Part shown: positions 51,461-63,078 of the stretch, piece after piece | Position numbering within the stretch: the first letter of the stretch is position 1 | How the letters are laid out: each line of letters starts with the position of its first letter | Source of the DNA: Cenococcum geophilum | Taxonomy: Eukaryota | DNA length: 64,000 nucleotides | Reading direction: 5' to 3' | Assembly: GCA_050273025.1 (NCBI GenBank) | Contig: CP158635.1 | Coordinates: forward strand, 26,226,001-26,290,000 | Translations under genes and position numbers: made by a program | The notes under the pieces: model-generated | What the model was told of the DNA's origin: nothing | Database searches by the model: none | What the model saw: the letters and a program-made list of their open reading frames with translations, nothing else

Positions 51461-52689
51461 TCCCTTGAACGGTCAATTTTAGTCCTGCGTTATCGATAAG
51501 AATTCAGCCAATTACAAGGCATAGATTCTTGGCCGCAATCCGAAATATGAAGCCGTTAATATTTAACTAGGGCTCCATGAAATCGGCTTCTACACCTCCA
51601 CGCGGTGGAGCCCGGGAACCTAGTAGTACTATCAGCGTTCCGTCAGGATCGTGCTGATAGACTACTAGAGCAAACGCAGAGACGTGCGTACGGCTGCGCA
51701 GCGCCGGCGCTGCGACGTCGTGGTGGTGCGAAGAGTTTTCTTGTTGGGAGGGTAAGCCCCAGCGGAGGCCTACGAACACGACTACCACGTCTTCACGTAC
51801 ACATCTAGTACACTCGAATCACGGCATCTACCTACACCAGCGACCCCCTTCTTCTTATGCGGTATAACGATACCGTACGGCACCTACACGCAGCCAAACC
51901 GTATACACCTCGCAGGCGGAAGGCCTATAACGAGCCTCTTATCCAAACCGCCCTCTACTCCCTCTATACCTTAATCCACCTAGCATATTCTAATACGTAG
52001 TGCAGCGCGGGTACTCAGCCGTAGGGGCTTGGTCCACCCCTACAACTAGTACTAGGTTGAGCGCGCTATTGAACGCAGGAAGATAGGGGATAGAGGCAAG
52101 GGAGGGTCATCAGAACGGGGAGTGTTATTTAGCTACAAGCAGGAGGACCGCAGGCGACGCGGATACACGTACGGTGCAGTAAGAAGCTAGGGGTAGGCAG
52201 GCAACGACATCTAACGGCAATCTACAACAATATAGAAGCATGTTACGAAGGGCAGATAGGGCAAGATAGGCAATCAGGACACTCTGTCCCAAGGGACTGA
52301 GTCTCAGAGCAGCGACCTAACGGTATTTTTCCTCCCGTTGATGTAGTACGGGCATGCTACCTAGAGGGGTACACGCTGTATTACCTCTCATGTTGCCCTT
52401 TTTAGAGGTTTTTGTACCTAAACTTATCGGTATTCGTCTGCATGGACCAAATTTGGGACCGCATCAGACATTAATCAAGATCAATATAATATTTAACTAT
52501 TTCTCCGTAGAAGCTCTATCTAGGTTTAATCCTTAGTATTTAGTTGATTAACATGAGGCTTCTAGTAAATAGATTTCGTTGAGGGCATAGTTGTGGTTAA
52601 ACAGAGCTTTAAAATCTATATATTCTATATGGAAGTTTTGTGTTGTATGCACGGGCTATATCATTATCGATAACGCAGTACTCTGACGG
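51461..52689. mobile_element. Longer member (copy B) of the TCCCTT/TTATCGATAA element family, with a foreign-looking GC-rich interior
   Basis: About 70 bp at the left end and about 50 bp at the right end align with the two halves of copy A (reverse complement). The right TIR tip is lost. Confidence 0.65.
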
Positions 52690-52844
52690 ATGATTTGATT
52701 AATAGATTTTGATAAACTATGCCTTCCAAACGTACCCCCAACAATCCAGATATTGTTGAGCCGACTCGATATAATATTCAACCAAATCGTATCGCAAGAA
52801 AAAACCCCTAAGCCCTGGCCGCTGCTTGATTCGCATCCTTTCTA

Positions 52845-52896
52845 TCCCTTAACCCGTCAAAATAGGTTGTATGGTTATCGATAAGGGCTAGCCAAT
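52845..52896. mobile_element. Terminal fragment (copy C) of the same element family
   Basis: TA|TCCCTTAACCCGTCAA..GTTATCGATAAGG..GCCAATCA matches the left end of copy B. Confidence 0.5.
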
Positions 52897-53335
52897 CAAA
52901 TCAGCAGAATCAAGACGCGGTGCTTAGAAATATAAAAGCTAATAATATTGCTTAATTATTGTACAGAGGTATAAACCTATTCTTTGGGGTTACGTCGCTT
53001 AATATAAGGTAACCAGCACTCGTCCTTTCTGAAGAATAGTATTTAGCATATACCGCAGCCAAATAGAGGCTTGGTGAGCCATAGTAGTCTTATTGTCAAT
53101 ATCCCTTAGCATGTTGAGAATTGGTCCTACGCTTATCGGTAAGAAGTAGCCACTTAGATTAGCTGAATTTAATACCGTGTTTTACCACTTATCCGGATAC
53201 CTTAGTTCCTACGTATCTTCGTACGATTAATCCACTATAACGCCATAATTTAATTAAAAATCTACCTGGCTATTTCCTTAACCCTAGAATATCGACGAAT
53301 TATGTGGCCTTATATATAATAGTTACTACACGTTA

Positions 53336-53378
53336 GGTGTCTGGATGACGGGGTGTCTGGATGAGTGGTGAAACACGT
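53336..53378. mobile_element. Solo Fot1/pogo-type terminal inverted repeat
   Basis: GGTGTCTGGATGA direct repeat x2 ending ..AAACACGT. With the hAT MITE removed it reads ACGT|TA, the same terminus as the Fot1 element at 25914..27757. Confidence 0.6.
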
Positions 53379-53952
53379 CAGAGTTGCGGGCGACAGCCCC
53401 CGACAGGCCTGTCCGACAGATAGGCTGTCGGGCCGACAGTGTCGCCGACAGTCCGACAGCAACACGACAGCTTTTCAAAAAATAGGTATTACCCTACAAC
53501 TCTACCAATATAGCTCCAAATTATATAAATAAGGACTTATTTTATAGCTCTAGAGTAAAGCTATAAAATAAGTCCTCATTTATATAATTTGGAGCTATAT
53601 TAGTGGGGCTGCAAGGGATGTATTGTTTTAATAAGGGGTAATACGCGCTGCTGCAGCTTAGTGATTTTTACCGATATTTCGATGATGACAGTAAGTAAGA
53701 GAACGAGCCTCGTACGACACCACGAGACGCAGGAGAGAGCTCAGTTTAAGCCCTATACAAAAAGCTTCTATTAGATGGAATATTACTCTAATTAGCCATT
53801 TTAATACTGCTTCGTACGAGAAAGAGAGGGAAAGAATGTTTAAAAGTGGGAATGCCAAGCCCTGTCCGACAGCCTGTCGGACACCAAGCCCTGTCGGACA
53901 GGCCTGCTGTCGGACAGGCTGTCGGGGCTGTCGGCTGTCGCCCGCAAGCCTG
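53379..53952. mobile_element. 574-bp non-autonomous hAT element (MITE)
   Basis: CAG..CTG termini, TIR CAG(AG/GC)TTGCGGGCGACAGCC, a perfect 8-bp TSD AAACACGT (53371-78 and 53953-60), and dense subterminal CGACAG/CTGTCG repeats. Confidence 0.92.
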
Positions 53953-54354
53953 AAACACGTTACGGTGTTCGTGCACGGGCCTTCTTCTCTTAGGCTCTCG
54001 ACGTGCTAAGGGATACATAAGTGAATGTCAATAAAGCTAGATTAAAGCCCGATAGTCGCAGCTTATAGTAAAGTTGAGTGCATAAGGTCAGGATCCGATT
54101 GTGTTTATCATTGAAGTGTGAAGTGAATTTTAGGGGTAGTGCAATTTGGAATTAAAGTATCCCTTGACACGGCGGGTCCTGAGGAGCCTCTGCCTGACGA
54201 CAAGCAAAATATATTCCCAGGACCGACATCGCTAGGCCGCAATACACCATAATCCCGCTTCGAAGATTGCTTAAAACCGGCCGTTCCTATGATACAAACA
54301 TCTTTTCACCCATACGTTTACAGTACCTCCATTTACTTCGCGATTCATTCCTAA

Positions 54355-57300
54355 TTACACCCGACTTGCGGACCTCGGGGATGCTCCGTGTCTATTCCCA
54401 TTCAACTGATGCAACACGGGTGACCTTTTGCTCACCCAATTCTTTGCAAACCGAGGGGGTGTCCAAGGTTCAGTAACGGGTAGCATCTTCGCCACTTGAG
54501 GGTGGTTATGCCTGGGCACTTCTTCCATCTCTGATGTTTTCTGTGCTTGCTTAGTTTTCCTTGATGTTACTTCCCTAGCCGGCCTGATCCCCTTCATGAT
54601 CTCTCTCAGCTCTCGGTCATCAGTGGTGATCTGCGCTTTTAGATATGCTAGGCCAGTCGGAGACGTCGAAGCCTCGTCGATAGAAGTTATGACGGGCTGG
54701 CGTGGTGTGTATGTGTCCGCATACTTTTCAACTTGCGGTTCATCCACCGGAACAACACTTGGATCTAGTCTCGCGTCATCCCCCTTCTCTAACAAAGCGA
54801 CGATGTCCAGACTCTCCCCATGTGGTATCTTTTCTGGATGGCTTGGAGTGACGCAATCCATATCTACCTCTTTCCTCAGGACATGATCGATATCAACGGC
54901 AGAGAAATATGCACATGATTGAGGTAGTTCATTAATGCCCATCTGTTGGCTGAACATGGCCCGCGTCCACACATTTGCTACCTGCAATGCCATTGCTGCG
55001 CGATATTTGTCTTCCTCCTTTACTAGGTACCGGATTTCATCGTGCACAGTAATGGCCAGACGGGCGTCGAGGTTGAAGCGTTTTGTTAGATAATCCATGG
55101 AGACGATGAGAAGATGTAGGTAGTCGACTCCAGAGGATTGGATGGCCCAATTGATTCTCGACGTCATAAAACCACCTTTGGATAAGTAGCGGCGCATGAG
55201 CGCTTCTGTTATACCGGCACCAAGGACGGGCGTTCGGGGACTCTCTTGCTCAGCAAAGTCTTCAAGTTTATTGAAGACGAAGGACTCGGTTCCACCGCGC
55301 CAGAAAGGCCGTTCGTGGAGTGTCCTCCGCGTCGTCTTTTTTCCTTTAGTAGATTGGTAGAGATTTTGTGCCGTTTGAGAGGTTTGCGATTCGCTCAGGC
55401 CGGGGTTAAACTGACGGAGTAGAGTTGCTGCGAATTTTAGCCCCGCACCATAGATGCGGCCGTAGTTGAAGACTTTAGCGTCATTCCTAGAAATACCTAA
55501 AATCCGAGCGGTGCGAGAGTGCAAATCTGTCCCAGCGGCTTTGGTGCCTTCAAGCGTCATGAAACCAACGGCATTACCACCGTGGAGTTTAAACTGTGCA
55601 TCACCTATAAGACTGGCAATCCAAAGCTCTTGGGAATCGACGTCGGCCCCAACGAAGCAATATCCCTTGGGGGCTCGGATCATGGATTTAAGCTCAGATC
55701 CAACGCGATTCGCCTTTGCATTACTGGCAGTTAGCCAGGTATTTTCGACTGCTCGCCTGGTAATAGTTCCCATTGGAATGACTTGAGGCAGGATAAATCC
55801 AACCTTATTCTTTGCAGATCCTGTTTTAGATTTGGTCAGGCCAGAAGTCTCATTCTGGTAAACGACCATTTGGGACATGATCCTGTCTCTGGAACTGATC
55901 CAGTAAGAACATGAAGCGTTCATTTCCAGAGCTTCTTTTGCGTAGGAATACTCAGAGGTAAGCTTTCCTTTCTCAAAGTATTGTAAGTATCCTTTTGCGA
56001 GTGGATTCCCGCATCTCGCACTGGGGCCATCTTTGTGAGGGACCTTGAAGTATTGATGCTTCCTGTCGTCTCGCAGGGAAAAATTTCCCTCTTCAGACAT
56101 GTCGCATTCTCTCATGCTCTTGTCACTGTACATGAATGCCTCATCCATTGGGACCTGATATGTCCAACCATGCTTATCTGACCATACCAGAGGATGACCG
56201 TCCCAGGCTAGGCGAAGCAAAAGCGGTGCTACTCTCGTCCGAACCGTGAGGTTAATAGGTGCGTCATTCTTTACGAATAAATCTTTATACCATTGAGGCA
56301 TTCCTGGCTTCTTCTGCCGGGCAGCCGGCCTTGGTGGGTCGTTCTTCTTCTTTCCCTTCACCGTTTTGATTTCTTGACCAGACCAATCCAGCTGACTTAG
56401 CCAAGGGTCGTTCATGTACTTTTCTGGCTGATCCTTGATCTCTAATGCTTTTTCGGCGAGACTAATTAGCCGCTCCCTGACTGCGTGGGAAAGTTTGTGG
56501 TAAGTGGCCTCTGCATTTGCGAGGTAGGAGTCCCAAGTCTGATTCACAGGAAGAATCTCTGCTGATAAAAATCGCAGGGCTGCAAAGCTGACAGGATGAG
56601 GACATGTTTCCAGGAATAGAGGCAAGACCTTTTGGTAGACTCGATGGGTAATCTCGACATCAGCAGCACAATAATCCAGTAACTCATCTAGCCTTTCCCG
56701 AATGCCAGGCCGATCCAGTTCCCCAAAATATTCTCTTCGAGCTTTGTCAATAGTGATATTACAATGAAATTTGGCCACATCTCGAAGTGAATTAACCGCA
56801 CTCCTTCCTATCCACAATTCCTCCTCTTCATCTGATATTGCTCCAGCTTCTAATAAAGCAGAGAGATCTGCGCTTCCATCCGAATTTGCAAACTTGTCTC
56901 TTAGTTCTCTGCTTTTACTGTGCTTCATCCACGACGGTCGTTGGCGCGAGCACATCCCGTTCGAAGCAACGTGTAATGACATTGTATCTATGAAGGAGTT
57001 TTTGGATTGTTGAATGTCATATTCTTCTGCTATCCGAGCTCTATCGTATCCAATGTTATGGCCTACTACTATCCTTGGCTGATTTGGGTCGCCTAAAGGA
57101 ACCAGATGGCGATCTGTGTCCGACTCCCCAAGAAGCCAAGGTGATATCCAAGCATACCAAGCCGTAGGGCTGGCTGCGCATGCCATGCATGCGAAGGACG
57201 TCTCTTTCCACATAACCTCCGTGTCAAAGGTAAGCATAGATTCATCCGGTGCATCCACAGTTTCCGAAGTCCCGTCACTATTGTACTTCGTCCAACCGCT

Positions 57301-57841
57301 CTTTCTGACCCATTTCCGTGGTTTAGGGGGCGCATTTGCGCGGGCGTACTTTTTCGCCTGGCTCAAGTAGGGTTCTGCAGAATCCATGCCAAGCTTATAA
57401 AAATGTTCGTCCAATGTGGAACCTCGCAGTGTTGGGATATTGAACGCCACCGGTGGTGTCGAGTCCTGGTTCTTTCCTAGTAGATCATGGCGGTTAAGGT
57501 GGTCTTCGGAAAGCGCTACAAGTTCAAGCGGAGGCGAAGTCGCGTTGCCGGGAAATATCTGAGAATGTACATGGCTACTGAGTTGCTGTACTCCTATCTC
57601 ATTAAATCGTGCTTTGGTGGGAACTAGCAAACAGTCAGCGTTGATCAGGTAGCGGATCCTGAGGATTGGTCGCACTTGATAGACTTCTATATTTCTTATC
57701 ATCTCCCCCTTTCCTGCGCCTCATCGCGTCCACAGCAAGGCATCTTTGCTGGATATGGGATACAGGGATGCCTAGAGGTGTGGGAGCGCATCGAGGCCGA
57801 GAGACAAGCTTCACGGCAGATGTCCCTCGATGACTGCGCAT
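54355..57841 (-). CDS. MIP1: Mitochondrial DNA polymerase gamma (1 intron)
   Basis: Exonuclease motifs FDTE, VGHNIGYDRARI and YCAADV. Polymerase motifs VGADVDSQELWIA, AKVFNYGRIYGAG and ITVHDEIRY. Exon 1 is Arg-rich and presequence-like. An alternative ATG lies at 57928. Confidence 0.95.
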
Positions 57842-58167
57842 TATAAGATTGGAAACCAGTCTCGTCACTGCATTTCGGCGAAGAAGGGTCGATGAGGGCA
57901 AGCTGGTGATAGTGGAGTTCTGCGTCATGGGCCCTGCGAATTCTTCAAAATCGCGAACTCTTGGCACACCCTATCGGTGTTTCGCGACTCTTCCCCGAAG
58001 GTGGCGGGCGTGCAGCACAACCCTACCCTGCCGAGTCGCAGAAGGGAGTGCAGGGCTTGCTTAGGTGACGATGTCGCTCCCTCCCGTGCTGTCACTTTCA
58101 CTTCTTTCTTCTTTCACATTCCTGAACCGGATCTACTCTTTCGCTTCTATGCTTTCTCTCCTTCACC

Positions 58168-59170
58168 ATGTCTGATACTGATTCGGTTCAAGAGCAACCG
58201 TCTGCTGCCTTTTTCCGACGAGCCACTAGCCGCAACACCACGTCTCAGAACCCACCTCACTTCCACCACAGCACCAGTTATCAATCCACTTCGCAATCTA
58301 GCTCTCAGCCAGGCACGCCTTCTACGCAGCACGACACCTTTTTTCAAGAAGCCTTCTCCGAGTACACACCAACGTCGTCTCAAACTCACTTCGACACCAT
58401 CCTCAATCCCATAGAAACCAGCGGCGGCGACCGATACTTTTCGCCTCTAAGTTGGTCACCTCCACGTACACAACGCCTGCACTCGCCCACTCTCCCATCT
58501 GCTTCAGCCTTCAGACAACCCGCCATGTCATCCTCGCGCCTTCCGAACGGTTACGTGGACCTTACCCACGAGCCATCGTCACCCTCGTTACCGCATATTC
58601 ACTCTCTTAGAAGAGCCTCCAAACGTACCGTTAATGTCCACCCTGGCCCAGAGTCGGCTGCAGGCCCCTCTACGAAGCGCATGAAACTAAACGATGAGAC
58701 GGGTACTAGGGCAGCGGCTGCAGCGGCTAGTAATCCTGTTGAAGAGGTGGATTTGGTGGGCGACACAAATCAGCTACAGAGTGCTCTTCAGAAACAGCGT
58801 GTCGAGCAGGTGAAGGCGCAGGAAGGGCCCAGCGACAAGCCGCTGCGACTATCGACTCTTACCTGCGTAATCTGCATGGACACTCCTACAGATATCACTG
58901 CTACGTCATGTGGTAAGTTTTCTCTATAAAAGTTGGGACTGTAGTGATTTTCTAATACACGATCTAGGGCATCTTTTCTGCCATACCTGCCTCATGGAAG
59001 CTCTAATAGCTGGAGAAAACCGCTCTGCGCCTCACGAACCGAAGCGATCACAATGCCCAGTGTGCCGGAAATTTATTAACCGTGCTAAATCATCAGATAT
59101 AATTCCCCTACTCATGAAAAAAGGACTAGCTACGCAGCCTAGGAAGCCTACAAACCCGAAAGTTGGCTGA
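58168..59170 (+). CDS. RING-finger protein with SUMO-interacting motifs (Slx8/Rfp/RNF4-like STUbL subunit) (1 intron)
   Basis: C3HC4 RING CVICMD..CG|HLFCHTC..CPVC split by an intron. SIM-like YVDLT and EEVDLV. The start could be at a later ATG (MSSSRLPNG). Confidence 0.8.
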
Positions 59171-61168
59171 ACTGAGGAACTTTGGGATTGAATTCCCCGA
59201 AAACTGTTAGAGGCGACCTCAGAGCTGGGGTTTACCCCTCTGGTTCTGCTTTCACACTTTGGTATTTGGAAATATGACATTGATGAAGTGTCATTGCGGG
59301 AAGTCCGGCTGAGGAGATGCCATGAGAGATGGTTTGCGAGACTGGCTGCTTCTGTTTTATCATGATACCCTATTGTTGAATTTATGAATAATGGAACTGT
59401 TGGAATAGTGGTATGTTTAAAAGGGCTTTCGATATATGGCATGTATATAGAAAGGATTGCTCAATTCAAGGGTTATCTCCTGCGGGGAGCCTACTTAGAA
59501 CTAAATACAAAGTTCCTAATTTTTCCTAAGACCTGCAGGTACGCGGCTCCGTCTCACTCTCAAAAATTTCTCGGACATGATGAAGGGATCTTAGCAAGCA
59601 GCAGAGGGCAGGCGACAGGTACTCTAATATTCATCTTATAAAATTTCTTCCTCACTGGGTAGAAAAGCGCAAATGTGTTAGAAGATATTTGTTTTACTTG
59701 ACTTGGCCATAATCTGTCCTGACTACGTAAGGCAGATATTAGTCGTTTCAACCTCATCCTAAACATGCTTCCTCACCCTTTCCCTCGCTGTTTGTTTTCT
59801 TGCTTAGTACGGGCATCTTAAACCATTTCCGCTATTGTAGGGCGGGAATCTCGATTCTACACTTACACATTACTTGGTATTACCTATCGTGCTACGGAGC
59901 GGCCGCTCTCTTCATACCTCTACTCTTGACCCGATACGTTATCGGCCTAGTGACACCGAACGCTTGAAGGTATTAACGTCGTCATCATAGTGCGTGTTGA
60001 GTGACATAGACACTTATATGAATCACATGTACGGTAAACAGTGGCGATTTGTCATTCGTAGAGCTTGGTTAATCGGTGTTCACCGGGTGATCCATGGTTG
60101 CTGCGTTAGAGCGAGGTGTTTTTCGGTGCAATGACCGGTTCAAACTATGATGCGGTATTGCCAGAAGAGAAAAGATGGGAAATTCAAAATGCTAACGAGG
60201 TGGCGAAGATTACAAATCCGAATATTGACTTAAGAAGTGAGTGAAGAAAGGTAATCTGTTAAGCATTTTCATTACCTTGGAAACTGTCATAGAAAGAAAT
60301 ACAACAGTTGTAAATTGTCTCACTAGCCGATCCGGATTGAGCGTTTAAATTTGTGTTGCCTCAAAAGAATAACGCACTGCTCAACTGTCTCAGTCAAATG
60401 AAATTTCTGAGGTAGATGAAATAGCTAGTGGAAGGAGACGAAAGGGTAACGAAAAGTCTCAGAAGTTGATCGTAGACCCACCCATTGAGCGAGTCGCCGT
60501 GTCATGCTAGTATCAATAGCCGCAGGAAAAGCCATGTAAAAACAACTAACGCCTGCCCGGGGGTGCAGCAGAGATTCAATGAGGACAGTTCTGTAATGGA
60601 ATTGTCACTCCTTTTGAGAAGTCGGCGGTATTAAGAACCCGTGCCGAGTACATAATGCAAAATTGCGGATAGCGGCTTGACGCCACTACATCGTCATGCA
60701 TATAGGAACGGGGACTGCGTACCCAAGCCAAGATTAATCGGCGTTTCGCTGTTCCCGACATGGCTGGGTAGGTTGATCTGATAGAGCCTAGCATCTCGAA
60801 GTATCGGATTTGAGGGGACGGTGGCAAGGCCGGAGCTGGGTCTCCAAAAATTCCCGACAAGCTCACGTTTTACCTTCGCCTGTTGTGAGGACAACGCTCG
60901 TCATTCCATTCTTCAAATAGAAATGACCGTGGTAACACAAGCCAAGTGAAGCCAAGATGAGAGACATCAAACAAGCTTCGCGAAAGCAGGAACAGTGCAC
61001 GGCGACGCAGAAGAGAGTGAGACATGAAGCGGAAGGTGGATCAAGGCAGTCTCTTGAGGGACCTGAGAAGCTGGAAGACGCGGCCCTACCTGATGTCTTT
61101 GCATTCTCCGAGAACCAAGGTTGACGCTTGAAACACGAAAGGAAGATCTTCGTGGCGTTCTTGATCTA

Positions 61169-61338
61169 CCACCCTGGCGCATCCGGTTGAAAGCGCGTGT
61201 TGATCACGCTAATCAAAATGCGTAGATTTATACCCAAAAAGAAATAAAAATATGTTGAAATGGCCGTGCGTATTACTTCAAAAGGTATAAACTCTGCCGT
61301 TTGATCACTAGTATCAACGCGCTTTCAACCGGATGTGG
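61169..61338. mobile_element. About 170-bp hairpin/MITE-like element flanked by TA
   Basis: CATCCGGTTGAAAGCGCGT(GT)TGAT (from 61180) pairs with ATCAACGCGCTTTCAACCGGATG (to 61335). Outer TACCAC/GTGGTA and inner TTATACC/GGTATAA also pair. Confidence 0.65.
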
Positions 61339-63078
61339 TATACAAAAGCCGGAAAAAGAAATCATGATAGGAGCAAGACTTGGATGAATTTCTATTCACG
61401 GATAACGATGGTGCCAGAGAACTGGAAGAATCGCCAGGGACGAGCCAGTGCTTTAGGATGCGGCTGAGATGCAGTTGAGAAAGCGTGTTTCGCAAATTTC
61501 CTTACACTAGTTGGAGCTAATTTAGGAGGCCTGCAGAGAGCACGAATACGGCTTAGAGGATGCTAATTTGGGCGAGAGGCTGGCGCCGAGCCTTAATATT
61601 ATTTAAGGGTTCAAATCGTGTAATAAGCCTATCTTACGTCGAGCATCTTTGTGGTAACAAAACGACGATCGTGACGTCTCGCAAATTGGTGATCTTAAGG
61701 AAAATGAGGGCGAGAAGAAGGACGTCATGGCTTGATCGATCGCGACGATCACTAAGTAACTTTACCTGATATAGGTGCGTAAGCGAGGTAACGCAGGCTT
61801 CAAATAATTGCCTTATTTTATGAAGTATTTTAAGCCTACGTTATGCATGTGTATGGGTCCCCTGTAGAGAGGCTTTATATGAACGGTTTTATGCGGATCT
61901 ACAAGCCAGGGTGTATGCGACGGCGTCAAGCTACTTGGTGTTGATCAAGGCTCAATTGACGGCTTCAAACTTCTAGATTGAGCGACTTTACGAAGTTCAC
62001 AAGGATTGCGAAATCCATGTAGAGATGCTGTGATGGGGCTGGAAGCGAGGCCCGGCGAATTGGACGTTGGTAGTTTTCGGAAGTGGAGCGGGGAAATTCC
62101 GTGTCGTTAACGCCAGAAAGCCTTTGGTACCCGAAAGCGTGCCTCCTACTAGCCTTCGGACCGTCCTGGCGTGCTCCTGCCGAGCACCATCGCTTGTTGT
62201 TTCCATGGGGCTTGATCTTGCGTCGCAGCCGCCGGAGGAACTTAATATATAGCGCTATATGTCCGCACGCCGACCCAATAAAGCGCTTACTACCCATGCG
62301 ACATCCCTTGATTATCTTAGGTCGATATGCAGTGCGCGTCACCATTACCCGGAATATGTCTTACTTCCAGCCTGACCAAGTTACTGCTTGCATGTTCCTT
62401 CACGAAGGCCAACCAGACTTTTCGTATGCATGCCGTCACTACCTTCGTCTTCACCATGGTACGAGTATGGTAGTACATTTCCCTGCATATAGAAAATTTT
62501 ATAGACGGATCTGAATATATCTTGTATCTTAGGTCAGGTATACCAGCCGTCTCCGCAGCCATTGTCCAGCCTTAGCACACCATGTTGGCTTTCCAATCCC
62601 GGTAATCGGATCGCTCTGCGGCTCGCTAAACCAAGATGCGCCGGGAACTAAGATCCTGGTCCTATGGATGCTCCTGCAAATATTTATTTTGCGCAGCAGA
62701 ACGTCTGTGACTTCATGGGGTTCCGATGAGTACGTCGCAGACCCAGAGGCTTGTTTTGGTCAGTTGGATCTGCAGTGACCTTGTTTGCCATCACATTGGC
62801 TATGCAGAAACCAATGACAACTGACCTCCCCATGGCCCCTGTGTTTACCGCTTTGTGTGGATCCCGACAAATCCAAGCAAGCATTCAACGTTCGGTATTT
62901 CGTAAATGGCATGCACCGATGGAGACTGGCATAGCGGAGTCCGGGCGCTCAGAGTTTGTATAAGTACTCTCGTACTCATTCTTGGTCGATATCGCATAAG
63001 ATGTTTTGAGCCATTTGGTACCATCTTGCTCTAAACTGCCAAGAATTTTTCGCTTTTCACTTGTCATTCTTTATCATT

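Noticed and set aside
53379..53952. CRISPR-like look of the CGACAG repeats
   Set aside because: Short irregular subterminal repeats inside a TIR/TSD-bounded hAT element in a eukaryote. No spacers and no cas genes.
59300..63000. Short ORFs upstream of the multicopper oxidase
   Set aside because: No motifs, mostly non-ATG starts. Treated as intergenic.
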